Virus record (IMG/VR): IMGVR_UViG_3300022934_000028
Coordinates: 1-51,336 of that record
From: a virus
Taxonomy: Duplodnaviria; Caudoviricetes
Length of the DNA stretch: 51,336 nucleotides
Strand: one strand, 5' to 3'
The notes beneath the pieces were generated by a model. The model was not told the origin of the DNA, made no database searches, and was given only the letters and a program-made list of their open reading frames with translations. A program made the translations under genes and the position numbers. Shown here one piece after another: positions 36,824-46,717 of the stretch. Every line of letters begins with the position of its first letter. Position 1 is the stretch's first letter.

Positions 36824-38683
36824 GTGCCCCACGATTCAGCCGAATCCGTGGTCTTTCCCTTTGGTAAATTTAAAGGGTATACTCTTGCGCACATACTAAG
36901 AGAAAGTCCAGACTACGCATATTGGATTAGAGATAAAGCCGACTTTTCTCCTATCTGGAGGGAAGCGGTTACTCTAGCATTGCAAAACCAAGATATCGGT
37001 CATCTCAAATTACCACGGGTCAAGACCACGGAGAACACATATGTTCAGCACAAAAAGGTAATTGAGATAAGTGAGTTGGATAAAGAGATGGCAAAGATTA
37101 ATATGCCATACGACAAGTCTCTTATTGCAAGATTTAAATCTACCATTGATGGTCGTAAATGGAATGACAAAGAAAAACAATGGGAGTTTCCATTAGTTCA
37201 GTTACCCAAGGTTATTGAGATTATTAAAACCTACGAGGTTAAAGTCACTCCAAAAATTAAGCGTCTCTACAAAGAGATACTTGAGGAACAACAGGTTAGA
37301 AGAGAAGTAAGAGAAAAAGAAGATACCGACTTTAAGATAGAAGGGCTCAAGTTAGACTTGTTTCCATACCAGAAAGTCGGCGTTGAGTTCCTATATCATA
37401 CTAAAGGTAGAGCATTAATCGCAGACCAGCCGGGATTGGGTAAGACAGTCCAAGCCATCGCATACGCCAAAGTGATGAACCTAAAGACATTGGTGGTCGC
37501 ACCATTGTCCGTGGTCATCAACTGGAGAAAAGAAGTCAAGAAGTTTACTGGATTAAATAGCACCGTCTGGACAAGTAAAAATGTAGATGGTGATTTAGAA
37601 AACCAATTCCATATTATCAACTATGATGCTGTAAGAAAAGTCCACGATGTATTACGTAAGATGGACTTTGATATGTTGGTCTGTGATGAAGCAACATTCC
37701 TAAAGAACAGAAACACAATTAGGTTTAAGTCATTACTTGGTTCATACAAAGAACGCAGAAAGTATCCCGGCATCAAGACTGACCACATTGTGTTCTTGAC
37801 AGGAACACCCGTAATGTCACGCCCTATTGAGGCGTTCACCCTACTCCATATCTTAGACAAGAACAGGTTCAGCAACTTCTATCACTTCACAGAACGATAT
37901 GGTGGGTGGAAAGGAGTTCCGGTCAGAAATCTAAGAGAACTACACGAACGCACAAAAGACTTAACCATTCGTCGTAAAAAGACAGATGTGTTAAAAGAAC
38001 TTCCAGATAAACAACGAAACGATTTATACATTGAGATGTCTACCGAAGAACGTAGAGAGTATCTAAAAATGTTAGACGAGTTGTTTAACCAATGGAAGTT
38101 CAGTGGCAAACCAACCGTAGGCACAATGCCTAAAATCCAATCGTTCTTGATTGACCAAAAGATGCCTCGTCTCCACGAAATCATAGATGAGTATCTGGAC
38201 AACGACAGACCCATTCTTATCTTCTGTTGTTTTGTAGAACCACTCAAACGACTAGCAGAACATTATGGTCACGATGCCGCACTCTTACACGGGTCAATGA
38301 AAAAAGAAGAACGACAGGAAAGTATTGACAAGTTGGTCAGTGAAGAAGCAAAGGTTGGGTTGTTCAGTCTTAAAGCAGCTGGTATGGGTATTGACGGATT
38401 ACAACACGTTATTGATACCGTGATATTCCTAGACAGAGATTGGGTGCCTGCTAACCACGAACAAGCAGAAGACCGTGTGCATAGAATTGGTCAGGACGCT
38501 AAGGTCCAAATCTATTATATGACGGTTGAAGATAGTATAGATGAATATATGGCAGAACTCATCAACGACAAGATGAAGATTGCTTCTGAGATTGTAGATG
38601 GTGAGGTCATCAATCCAGAAAACTCCAAATCAGTATTCAAGGAGTTCGTGCAACGCCTCACTAGGGAAAAATATTTAGAGTAA
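36824..38683 (+). CDS. SNF2-family (HARP/SMARCAL1-like) helicase
   Basis: LFPYQ, LIADQPGLGKT, VCDEA, FLTGTP, AAGMGIDG and QAEDRVHRIGQ. N-terminal FPFGKFKG module. GTG start. Confidence 0.92.
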   Translation: MPHDSAESVVFPFGKFKGYTLAHILRESPDYAYWIRDKADFSPIWREAVTLALQNQDIGHLKLPRVKTTENTYVQHKKVIEISELDKEMAKINMPYDKSLIARFKSTIDGRKWNDKEKQWEFPLVQLPKVIEIIKTYEVKVTPKIKRLYKEILEEQQVRREVREKEDTDFKIEGLKLDLFPYQKVGVEFLYHTKGRALIADQPGLGKTVQAIAYAKVMNLKTLVVAPLSVVINWRKEVKKFTGLNSTVWTSKNVDGDLENQFHIINYDAVRKVHDVLRKMDFDMLVCDEATFLKNRNTIRFKSLLGSYKERRKYPGIKTDHIVFLTGTPVMSRPIEAFTLLHILDKNRFSNFYHFTERYGGWKGVPVRNLRELHERTKDLTIRRKKTDVLKELPDKQRNDLYIEMSTEERREYLKMLDELFNQWKFSGKPTVGTMPKIQSFLIDQKMPRLHEIIDEYLDNDRPILIFCCFVEPLKRLAEHYGHDAALLHGSMKKEERQESIDKLVSEEAKVGLFSLKAAGMGIDGLQHVIDTVIFLDRDWVPANHEQAEDRVHRIGQDAKVQIYYMTVEDSIDEYMAELINDKMKIASEIVDGEVINPENSKSVFKEFVQRLTREKYLE

Positions 38684-38722
38684 ACTATTTATAAATGTTA
38701 CATTTAATATAAGGAAAAAGTT

Positions 38723-39481
38723 ATGACAGAGTTTATGTATCCAACGGAGGTTATCCAATTACCAAGTCAGGGAAAGATTTATCCTGAAGGACACCCTCTA
38801 CGGGAAAATGGTGGTAAGTTAGATGTCAAGTATATGACAGCTAAAGAAGAAGACATTTTGACAAATACCAATCTTATTACAAAGGGAACAGTTGTTGATG
38901 TTCTAATGGATAGTTTGGTCATTCACGAAGGAATCAAAGCAAAAGACTTATCTACTGGTGACTTAAATGCCGTATTACTGGCATCAAGAGTTCTTGCTTA
39001 TGGCAAAGAATACCCAGTAGAAATCAGTTGTGGTAAATGTGATACAAAAATCGACCATAATATAGATTTGTCAACATTGCAAATTCCAGAGGAGGTTGTA
39101 GATACAAACAGTGAGGGCCATTATAGTTTCAGTACACCAAGTGGTTTAGATGTCGTGGTTAAGACATTAACAAGAAAAGAAGAAATGCAACTTGAGAAAG
39201 ATGTAAAGGCTGTGGAATCCAAACTAGGAACTTCATCTATGGTCACCTCAAGATTAAAAAAGATTATAGTTTCAATAAATGGTGTCACCGATAAAAATGA
39301 ATTATCTAACATGGTGGATAATCTGGTTATCAGAGATGCAAAATTTATTAGAAAAGAATTTGATAATATCAATCCATCCGTTGATATGTCACTTGAAACA
39401 GAATGCACAAATTGTGGTCATGTCATCACGGGAGGTGTCCCGATCGGGATTAACTTTCTATGGCCTGACGCAGAACTATAA
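38723..39481 (+). CDS. Baseplate hub/tail assembly chaperone (T4 gp26-like)
   Basis: LPSQGKIYP, KYMTAKEEDIL, two CxxC pairs, and C-terminal NFLWP. Confidence 0.75.
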   Translation: MTEFMYPTEVIQLPSQGKIYPEGHPLRENGGKLDVKYMTAKEEDILTNTNLITKGTVVDVLMDSLVIHEGIKAKDLSTGDLNAVLLASRVLAYGKEYPVEISCGKCDTKIDHNIDLSTLQIPEEVVDTNSEGHYSFSTPSGLDVVVKTLTRKEEMQLEKDVKAVESKLGTSSMVTSRLKKIIVSINGVTDKNELSNMVDNLVIRDAKFIRKEFDNINPSVDMSLETECTNCGHVITGGVPIGINFLWPDAEL

Positions 39482-39647
39482 AAAGTATCTACACGAAATG
39501 ATGGTCAATCTGACCATGAATGTAGATGGGTTTACATTAAGAGATTGGTATGAAATGCCGGTCAGTCTAAGAAATTATTATGTTACGATTGTAAACGACA
39601 TTTCCGAAAAACGAAAACAGGAAATGGATAAAGCCGCGAGAAGATAA
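39456..39647 (+). CDS. Short tail-chaperone extension ORF (possible frameshift product; alternative start at ATG 39498)
   Basis: FYGLTQNYKKYLHE..GFTLRDWYEMPVSLRNYY lies in the +1 frame, overlapping the end of the gp26-like gene and abutting the tape measure gene. Confidence 0.6.
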   Translation, partial: FYGLTQNYKKYLHEMMVNLTMNVDGFTLRDWYEMPVSLRNYYVTIVNDISEKRKQEMDKAARR

Positions 39648-41605
39648 TGAACGAAGACGAGTTGAAGTCATTAACTAGTGCGATAAATAGTCTCACTAGA
39701 ACTATGAAAAATCAACAAGCTGCCGAACAACTTGGCGCCCTCGGTGGTCGAGATAATTTAAATACCCGTGTTGGTGTGGGTGGTACAGGACTACGTGCAT
39801 TCTTCAGTCTTCCGGCCCAACGTGTACAAATGCTCATAAAAACGGCTGTACGACAGGGAATAACAGAAGGTCTTAAAGCTGCAGCAACAGGGGGTGAGCC
39901 CATATTAAGTGAAAGAATTGCGGGCCGCCCCAAACAAGTGTCAGAAAGACTTGATGAACTATTAAAAGACCCAGAAAAAAATAAACAATTAATAAAAGAA
40001 GAATTTCCTAAGTTTGATGCACAGATGTATAAAAATCTTGGTCAATTTACTCCCCGCGAACAGGGTATTGTTAGTGAATTAGACGAAGAGATTAGAGTAC
40101 AAAAAGAACGTTTAGCTGAATCACAACAACAGTCAAGGTATGGGCTTCCGGGTAATATTGAGAGAGATTTTGAAATGGCAATTGCTCAACGTGAAGGTGA
40201 CAGAGAAAATATTGTTCGTCAGGCAAATGAACGTCAAAAAGAGTATTTAGAAACTCAAAAAGACCTAGAAATATCTGAAAGAGATAAAATAGACAGGACA
40301 CAAACGTTTGTGAAAGGTTTGGGATTAGTAATAACTACAATCGGCCTTGTAGTTGGTGCACTAAGCAGATTTAGAGATGCTTTAGTTCAGATATCACAAC
40401 AACTTGGTGGTGTGTCCGTAGGTAAAGCTTTTGAAGAAAGAATCGCCGCATTTATAAATTCATTATTAACAGGCTTTACAGTTAGTAGTCAACGTATTTT
40501 AGAAACTCAAGGCGCTTTGGCTCAAGAATTTGGTAGACTATCAACATCTGGTTCTGCGTTAGACCTAACCAAAGTAGCTCAAAGTTATGGATTGACCGCT
40601 CAACAACTGGTCGGTTTGGAAAGAACATTACAGTCTAACGCATTATCTGCGTCAGATGCATTAGATGCATTTAGAGAACAGGGTATTGTCAGTGGTGTAG
40701 CTGCCGAAGAAATCAATAAAAATATGGGAGCAGTTGCTCGTGCCGGTGATAAATTCAATGAGTTTATCGTAGAAGGTATTGCAAATGCTAAACGACTTGG
40801 TTTAGAGTTTGGTAAAATGGAACAAACTCTCACTGGTTTTGCTACTAATTTTGAAGGAACTGTAGAAAGTTTTGCACAGACCAGAGCATTGATTCCCGGT
40901 TTTGCAACAGATTTCTCTGAACTATTCAGTGTTGCTCTAACTGGTTCTACAAATGATTTAATTAATATTGTTCGTGAGGATTTACAGGGAGCTGGTATAA
41001 CTTCCGCTTCAGAATTAAATAGAGCCGCTCTGGAAAATCTAGAACAAGCCACAGGGTTTACCGAAGACCAAATTGACCGTATCCTTGCCAATGAAGACAT
41101 TAATTTTGACGCTCAAATGGATTTGGATGGTAACCGTAATTTGTTACTGAAAGGTATTATAGTTACATTAGGCGCAGTGGGTGGAGCTATAGTTGGTGCT
41201 GTTATTGGCGGTTCTGGTATAAAAGGCGGATTGGCAGCCGCGGGGGCCGCGGTAGGAGCTAGCTCGGGTGGTGCGATACTTGGCGCCGCTGGTGGCGCTG
41301 CAGCCGCTCTCGCGGCCACGACGAGAGGAGACGACATCGTATCTAAACCCGGCTACGGCGAAAGAACCTTGGTCACTCCAACAGGAAATATTGCATTAAA
41401 TAATAGAGACACCTTGGTCGCAGGAACAGAACTATATGGTAAAGGAGAAATATCTTCCCAACAGGCCGATTATAGAAGTTTAGAAACAAGACTAGATAAA
41501 CTAATTATGTTACAGGAACGTAGTCTTGCTCCAAGAGAAATAAACATAACAGGTTTTGATAAGGCTATGGAATCACAACAACAAAATGCTATTAGGAATT
41601 ACTAA
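39647..41605 (+). CDS. Tape measure protein-like
   Basis: 652 aa, helical and Ala/Gly-rich, with two hydrophobic segments and C-terminal GDDIVSKPGYGERTL..IALNNRDT. Synteny. Confidence 0.7.
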   Translation: MNEDELKSLTSAINSLTRTMKNQQAAEQLGALGGRDNLNTRVGVGGTGLRAFFSLPAQRVQMLIKTAVRQGITEGLKAAATGGEPILSERIAGRPKQVSERLDELLKDPEKNKQLIKEEFPKFDAQMYKNLGQFTPREQGIVSELDEEIRVQKERLAESQQQSRYGLPGNIERDFEMAIAQREGDRENIVRQANERQKEYLETQKDLEISERDKIDRTQTFVKGLGLVITTIGLVVGALSRFRDALVQISQQLGGVSVGKAFEERIAAFINSLLTGFTVSSQRILETQGALAQEFGRLSTSGSALDLTKVAQSYGLTAQQLVGLERTLQSNALSASDALDAFREQGIVSGVAAEEINKNMGAVARAGDKFNEFIVEGIANAKRLGLEFGKMEQTLTGFATNFEGTVESFAQTRALIPGFATDFSELFSVALTGSTNDLINIVREDLQGAGITSASELNRAALENLEQATGFTEDQIDRILANEDINFDAQMDLDGNRNLLLKGIIVTLGAVGGAIVGAVIGGSGIKGGLAAAGAAVGASSGGAILGAAGGAAAALAATTRGDDIVSKPGYGERTLVTPTGNIALNNRDTLVAGTELYGKGEISSQQADYRSLETRLDKLIMLQERSLAPREINITGFDKAMESQQQNAIRNY

Positions 41606-43422
41606 TGCCAGAACTTAAAGATTTATTCTTAGAAAGGGAATCGGAACTGTACAATTATGTAAAGTATCCTTATAAAGAAGATGACGATACACAACCATAC
41701 CGTTATACTACATTGGATAATGCAGAACCAATGAACAATACATTCTTTGAGGACCAATCAAATCCAGTATCTTTAAGTGCAAGAAGAGACTTCAACAGAA
41801 TGTTTCAATTTAGTAAATCAGCTAAGGGTGTGGTCTTTCTTGGGAAACAACAATTCTTACAAACAGGTAATACATTTGCACAAACCAGATTGTATAACCC
41901 ACTTAATGTTCAAATACATTCTGTTCCATTTGTTCATATGCCAAGACACGTTGATGTTAAACAAACAATACAATCTTTGTTTGGTGGCACATCTGACCCA
42001 GAACGATATGCTAGATTACAAAAAGAAACGGTAGATGAATCTAAAACTCGCGCCGTCGCGAGATATAGTGGTAAGGGTGGTATATTAAATATAACCAATC
42101 AACCAACTGCTATTTCGTTGGATGGAATTGGTCGTAGATTACAAAATAATGTTATTGCTAGTTTTAGACAAATTGGTTCAGGATTTTCCGCACAATTTAA
42201 AAACCCAACTGGAGGAAGACCAGAAGCAGATACAGAAAATCTTGTAGCAACCCATTATAATGAATTGGTAGATAAAATTGGATTTACTGGAAATCATTTG
42301 TGGTCCTACACAGACCAATATTATTCTAACAACGAGGCGGCTTCTATCTTATATAGTTGGAGAGATAATAAAATTACCACTCCCGGCTTCCGTCAAGAGA
42401 TTACTCTTAACAATACAATTGTTTCTACTGGAAAACAAAGAGAAATTGCCGGGCTATATTTTAGAAGTAATTCACAACAGAGAGTTATAGAATCTCCGGG
42501 CATCACGATAGATCTAGGTAGACAGTTTAGTTCAATTATATTAAGTGATAATAGATCTATTAGAATAGGATTGGCCAACAGATATGTATATGATTTCAAT
42601 GAGTCACCACCTCCCATAAAAGATGAAGATACTGTTAGTGACATTTCATATCAAACAAAATTAGACGAATGGATAGATAAAAATGAAAAATATGCAACAG
42701 AAGTAAGTAACTATCTAGCATCAAGTAGAGAAGAACAAGGTTTAAACATTCCATTTCTAGGAACGGGCTCCTTTTCAGATGGAACCTTTAATGCAAGAAC
42801 TCGTTATTATAAAGACCCAATGACGGCTCCAACTATTTTAAAAACGGACATACCAAGAGGTCAGGATGTAGATAGTATTGATGTTATTTTTCATAACTTA
42901 TCTGGTCCGGTACCAGACCCTAATACAGATACAGGAACTAGATTTATACGAAATTATGATGTTAGATTTAGAGCGTTCATCAAAGATATAAACGAATCAA
43001 TTACACCAACATATAATGAAAACAAATATATTGGTCGATACGAAACATTCTATACATACAATAAAGTTACTAGAGATTTAAGTTTTGAGTTAACAATACA
43101 GGCATTCAGTAAAGATGAAATTAAAAGAATACTAGACAGAATGTCTCTATTAACTTCTTTTGCATATCCTAAAGTGTCCCGTGGTACAAACTATCAAACC
43201 CCAAGTATATTCAAGGTTACCATTGGAAAACTTTATACTGTTCAACCATGTATCTTACAATCATTAACTCATAGAATAGAAGAGGACGTATCGTGGGACA
43301 TTGACGAACAAATTCCAATGTCGGTCAAGTGTAATATGCAATTAAGATTACTGGATAAGAAAAGCTATGACACATTTAGTTTTGACATATATAAAGATAC
43401 CAACATTACTCTAGGCGTCTAG
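41605..43422 (+). CDS. Baseplate/tail-tube initiator-like protein
   Basis: C-terminal FRAFIKDINES..YIGRYETFYTY..RDLSF..YP..KVTIG..WDI tube-like domain. Synteny. Confidence 0.55.
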   Translation: MPELKDLFLERESELYNYVKYPYKEDDDTQPYRYTTLDNAEPMNNTFFEDQSNPVSLSARRDFNRMFQFSKSAKGVVFLGKQQFLQTGNTFAQTRLYNPLNVQIHSVPFVHMPRHVDVKQTIQSLFGGTSDPERYARLQKETVDESKTRAVARYSGKGGILNITNQPTAISLDGIGRRLQNNVIASFRQIGSGFSAQFKNPTGGRPEADTENLVATHYNELVDKIGFTGNHLWSYTDQYYSNNEAASILYSWRDNKITTPGFRQEITLNNTIVSTGKQREIAGLYFRSNSQQRVIESPGITIDLGRQFSSIILSDNRSIRIGLANRYVYDFNESPPPIKDEDTVSDISYQTKLDEWIDKNEKYATEVSNYLASSREEQGLNIPFLGTGSFSDGTFNARTRYYKDPMTAPTILKTDIPRGQDVDSIDVIFHNLSGPVPDPNTDTGTRFIRNYDVRFRAFIKDINESITPTYNENKYIGRYETFYTYNKVTRDLSFELTIQAFSKDEIKRILDRMSLLTSFAYPKVSRGTNYQTPSIFKVTIGKLYTVQPCILQSLTHRIEEDVSWDIDEQIPMSVKCNMQLRLLDKKSYDTFSFDIYKDTNITLGV

Positions 43423-43431
43423 GAAATACAA

Positions 43432-43692
43432 ATGGATAGATTCAAAGAACAATTCACAAAAAAAGTTAATGGAAGGGGTAGGGTATATAGAATATCCCTT
43501 CCAGATTCTATTCCATCAGACACCCCCACAATAGAATTATACACACCACAGTTGGGTGAACGATTCGATAATATTGCATATAAATTTTATGGTGATAGTA
43601 CATTGTGGTATGTTATAGCACAAGCAAACAATTATGTAAAGGGAACTTTATACCCTAAACCAAATGAAGTTATACGTATTCCAAGGATTTAA
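43432..43692 (+). CDS. LysM-like baseplate protein (gp53/tail X-like)
   Basis: GERFDNIAYKFYGDSTLWYVIAQAN...IRIP. Confidence 0.8.
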   Translation: MDRFKEQFTKKVNGRGRVYRISLPDSIPSDTPTIELYTPQLGERFDNIAYKFYGDSTLWYVIAQANNYVKGTLYPKPNEVIRIPRI

Positions 43693-43694
43693 TA

Positions 43695-46343
43695 ATGCCT
43701 TTATTTAGAGAAAGTTTTAGACCTCATATTAAACAAGAACTTGAATACAGAAGAACTCATAAAGGTAGACAGGATGTATTTTCTCCGGTAGTTAGGGTCA
43801 CTTCTCTTGTTCAAGGAACTTTGTATGGTAATACCATACGCGGATTAACCATTGGGTTATCTGATTACAGAGAATCTTCTTTGGACAGTTTGACTAATAT
43901 ATCTGGAAAGGGTAGTGCAATTGGAACTACCTATGTGGACCGAAACCGTCCCTCAACTGTATTTATCCCATCAAAAGTAAATCTACCCTCTCCCGGCGTA
44001 ACCGATGTTTCTATATCTACTCAATCCAAGGGCGGATTGGTATTCAAAGCTCAGGTCAATTTTAAATTTTATGGCAAAGAACAATATGATTTTCTATATC
44101 AAACATTTATGCGTCCCGGCACACCCATTTTGCTTGAATATGGTCATTTAAGAACAAACTATGATGATATCAAAACTAAATCAGATGCAGATAATACGGT
44201 AAACCTTTTACGTGATTTAAAATTTTTTAAAGATTTAGACAGTCCAACAATTAATTCTTTTGAACAAGATTTATATCAAACTGCTAAACTTGTAGCTAAT
44301 AGAGAGTCTGGCGCTGTTGTGGGGTTGGTCAGTAATTTCAAAACATCATTGAATGAAAACAATGAATATGAAGCTAGCATTGAGTTAATTAATGCTTTAG
44401 AATATATGTTTGCACTACCACCAGAAGACACCTTTCTAAGTTTTGGGGAGAAGGCAAACTTATCAAATTCTATTCGTGCTAATTTTGGTGAAATGGATGA
44501 CCTAGATTACGATGAAAAATATGATAGGGTGTTTCAGTATATACTAAGAGATACTGGTCAAAATTTTGAGGGAGATAACACTGCGCTTCCTAATCATAAT
44601 AACGAAAATCATATACATTTTATAAATATGGGTGAGGTTGCTGCATACGCTCAGATCGCTGATCGTCGTGAGAGTAGCAGCGCGAGTGCCGCGGCGAGCG
44701 CCGACGCCTCCGGTCCCGGCAACTTTGAGGCAGTCAAGGCCTCCGGCACGGTACCCTTGTCGGATGAATCGTATATTAATTTTATTTATTTTTTGAATAA
44801 AATATTGCCTATAATTTTGTTTGATACAGTCAAAAATTCAGAAAATTGTGATGGTCAAGCTGATATATTATTTAGAACTGGTGCTCAAATTTCGAGTCTT
44901 ACTCAGTTTGTAACGGGCACCGCAACAGACAATCGCGGTGAGCGCGTAGAGCGCCGCCGCCGCGTTGAACAGGCGGATATCTCCACTCAAACTAGAATTA
45001 ATACATCCGTAAATAATGATTTTTATAATACTATGAAAGAAATGCATGGAAATGAAAATGATACTTTTAACACAGTGGCTAATTTTGAACCCCCAAGATA
45101 TATTCCTACGTTAAGAAGTATTAGATTGAAGGACGTTCTTATTAATAATGAAAACTTATATGATAATTTTACACAGTCCTCTCTGTGGGATAGAATAATT
45201 AAGGGTTATGAAAATAAATTTGATTTAAGTAATGCTGAAGTAAAAGATATTTTTTTTAAGACATCAAATTATATTTCTGGTCGTTCTAGGTATGGTGAAA
45301 ATAAAACATTTGATGGTATTTTTATAAATTATAATTTAATAAGGAATAGTTTTTTAAATTCTAATTCTGTTTCAGAAGCTTTGATTAAAATTTTGAATAA
45401 AATAAATAGTGCAACTTCGGGGATATATGATTTAAAATTGAGATATTATACTTTTAATTCGGGTCAAATTAATTTTTCTGAACAATTTTCAGATGGTAGT
45501 ACGCTTTCTATTGTCTTGCCGGGAGAAGATATATCCGTGTTTACAATTTATGACGCAAACAATTATCCTAAAAAAGATGAAATTGTAGATTTATATACAT
45601 TTTTTGAAAATGATATATCGGAAGCGTTATCCTATAATTTTGATTTTTCTTTGCCCCAAAGTGTGGCTAGCACAGTTATTGCCGATACTTTTAGAGATAA
45701 TACTAGAAACATTGTTGGTGATGCGTCTACATATCAATTATTTAGAAATGGATATCTTACAGATGATGAAGATAACCCACTAATAACCCCATTGATAGGT
45801 TCTGGAGCATCATCTGGTGAAGGTCAATGTGACGATGGAACAGATGATTTTTTTAAGGTCAAAGTCTTAAGTGAAAGTGATGTGGGTTTATTCGACCGTT
45901 TGGTTAGATGGTTTACAGAACAAGGTTGGATGGAATCAGAAGCAATACAACGCGCTCGACAAGTGATTCAATCAGAAGGAGAAAATTTCAAATTAATAAC
46001 TGCATACAAAGAGTATGCTCCCGAAGTTATGAAAGCCGAAGCAATAAATCAAGGAATGTTAAATACAATTCCTACAAGTGCTAAGGTTACTATTAAATTA
46101 GTGGGACTTGATGGGTTTAGATTTGGTGATATGTTTACGGTTAGAAATATGTTACCTGACCCATATGATGAAAACAATGTATTTATGTTGATCGGATATA
46201 AACATACAATTAATTCTGATGGGTGGATTACTGAGATAGATGGTATTATGATAGCTACTACATTGGAAAAGAATTATCCAAGAGCAGTTAGGGAAGTTAG
46301 GAACCCAGAATCACCCCGAGCATACGGACGAGGAAGTGTATAA
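43695..46343 (+). CDS. Baseplate hub-like protein
   Basis: FMRPGTPILLEYG, GLVSNF..YEASIE, and C-terminal VTIKLVGLDGFRFGD..HTINSDGWITEI. Follows the LysM gene. Confidence 0.55.
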   Translation: MPLFRESFRPHIKQELEYRRTHKGRQDVFSPVVRVTSLVQGTLYGNTIRGLTIGLSDYRESSLDSLTNISGKGSAIGTTYVDRNRPSTVFIPSKVNLPSPGVTDVSISTQSKGGLVFKAQVNFKFYGKEQYDFLYQTFMRPGTPILLEYGHLRTNYDDIKTKSDADNTVNLLRDLKFFKDLDSPTINSFEQDLYQTAKLVANRESGAVVGLVSNFKTSLNENNEYEASIELINALEYMFALPPEDTFLSFGEKANLSNSIRANFGEMDDLDYDEKYDRVFQYILRDTGQNFEGDNTALPNHNNENHIHFINMGEVAAYAQIADRRESSSASAAASADASGPGNFEAVKASGTVPLSDESYINFIYFLNKILPIILFDTVKNSENCDGQADILFRTGAQISSLTQFVTGTATDNRGERVERRRRVEQADISTQTRINTSVNNDFYNTMKEMHGNENDTFNTVANFEPPRYIPTLRSIRLKDVLINNENLYDNFTQSSLWDRIIKGYENKFDLSNAEVKDIFFKTSNYISGRSRYGENKTFDGIFINYNLIRNSFLNSNSVSEALIKILNKINSATSGIYDLKLRYYTFNSGQINFSEQFSDGSTLSIVLPGEDISVFTIYDANNYPKKDEIVDLYTFFENDISEALSYNFDFSLPQSVASTVIADTFRDNTRNIVGDASTYQLFRNGYLTDDEDNPLITPLIGSGASSGEGQCDDGTDDFFKVKVLSESDVGLFDRLVRWFTEQGWMESEAIQRARQVIQSEGENFKLITAYKEYAPEVMKAEAINQGMLNTIPTSAKVTIKLVGLDGFRFGDMFTVRNMLPDPYDENNVFMLIGYKHTINSDGWITEIDGIMIATTLEKNYPRAVREVRNPESPRAYGRGSV

Positions 46344-46717
46344 TGTCATTCTTAGTAAACATAAAACCAACGACACCCGTGGTCACCAATCGTGATAAGA
46401 ACAGAAAATATATGTATCGTTATTTTGTATCTAAAGCAAACCAAATAAATACTATGGTGTATGAGGTTAACTTAAGAGAATACGAAAAACATATGGGTAA
46501 CCAATATATTGTTAACACATATTTAAAATGGCTCATTGTTGGTAAAAAAGAAGATACAATCATAGAAGTCTATATGACTAACCCAAATGAAAAAGAACCC
46601 ATCACCATTCCCGGCGTCTTGACACAGAACAAAGCTAGTGTTATGTTTTATAGTAGAAAGATTCCTGCACTAAAAAGCTACCTAAGAAAATACGACCAAT
46701 TCTATGTTGGGGAGTAA
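46343..46717 (+). CDS. Hypothetical protein
   Basis: 124-aa ORF with TAATG coupling on both sides. Confidence 0.55.
   Translation: MSFLVNIKPTTPVVTNRDKNRKYMYRYFVSKANQINTMVYEVNLREYEKHMGNQYIVNTYLKWLIVGKKEDTIIEVYMTNPNEKEPITIPGVLTQNKASVMFYSRKIPALKSYLRKYDQFYVGE

Noticed and set aside
39279-39455. 122-aa ORF starting at 39279
   Set aside because: The first 59 codons overlap the gp26-like gene and look like off-frame sequence. Only the part from about 39456 looks like real protein.
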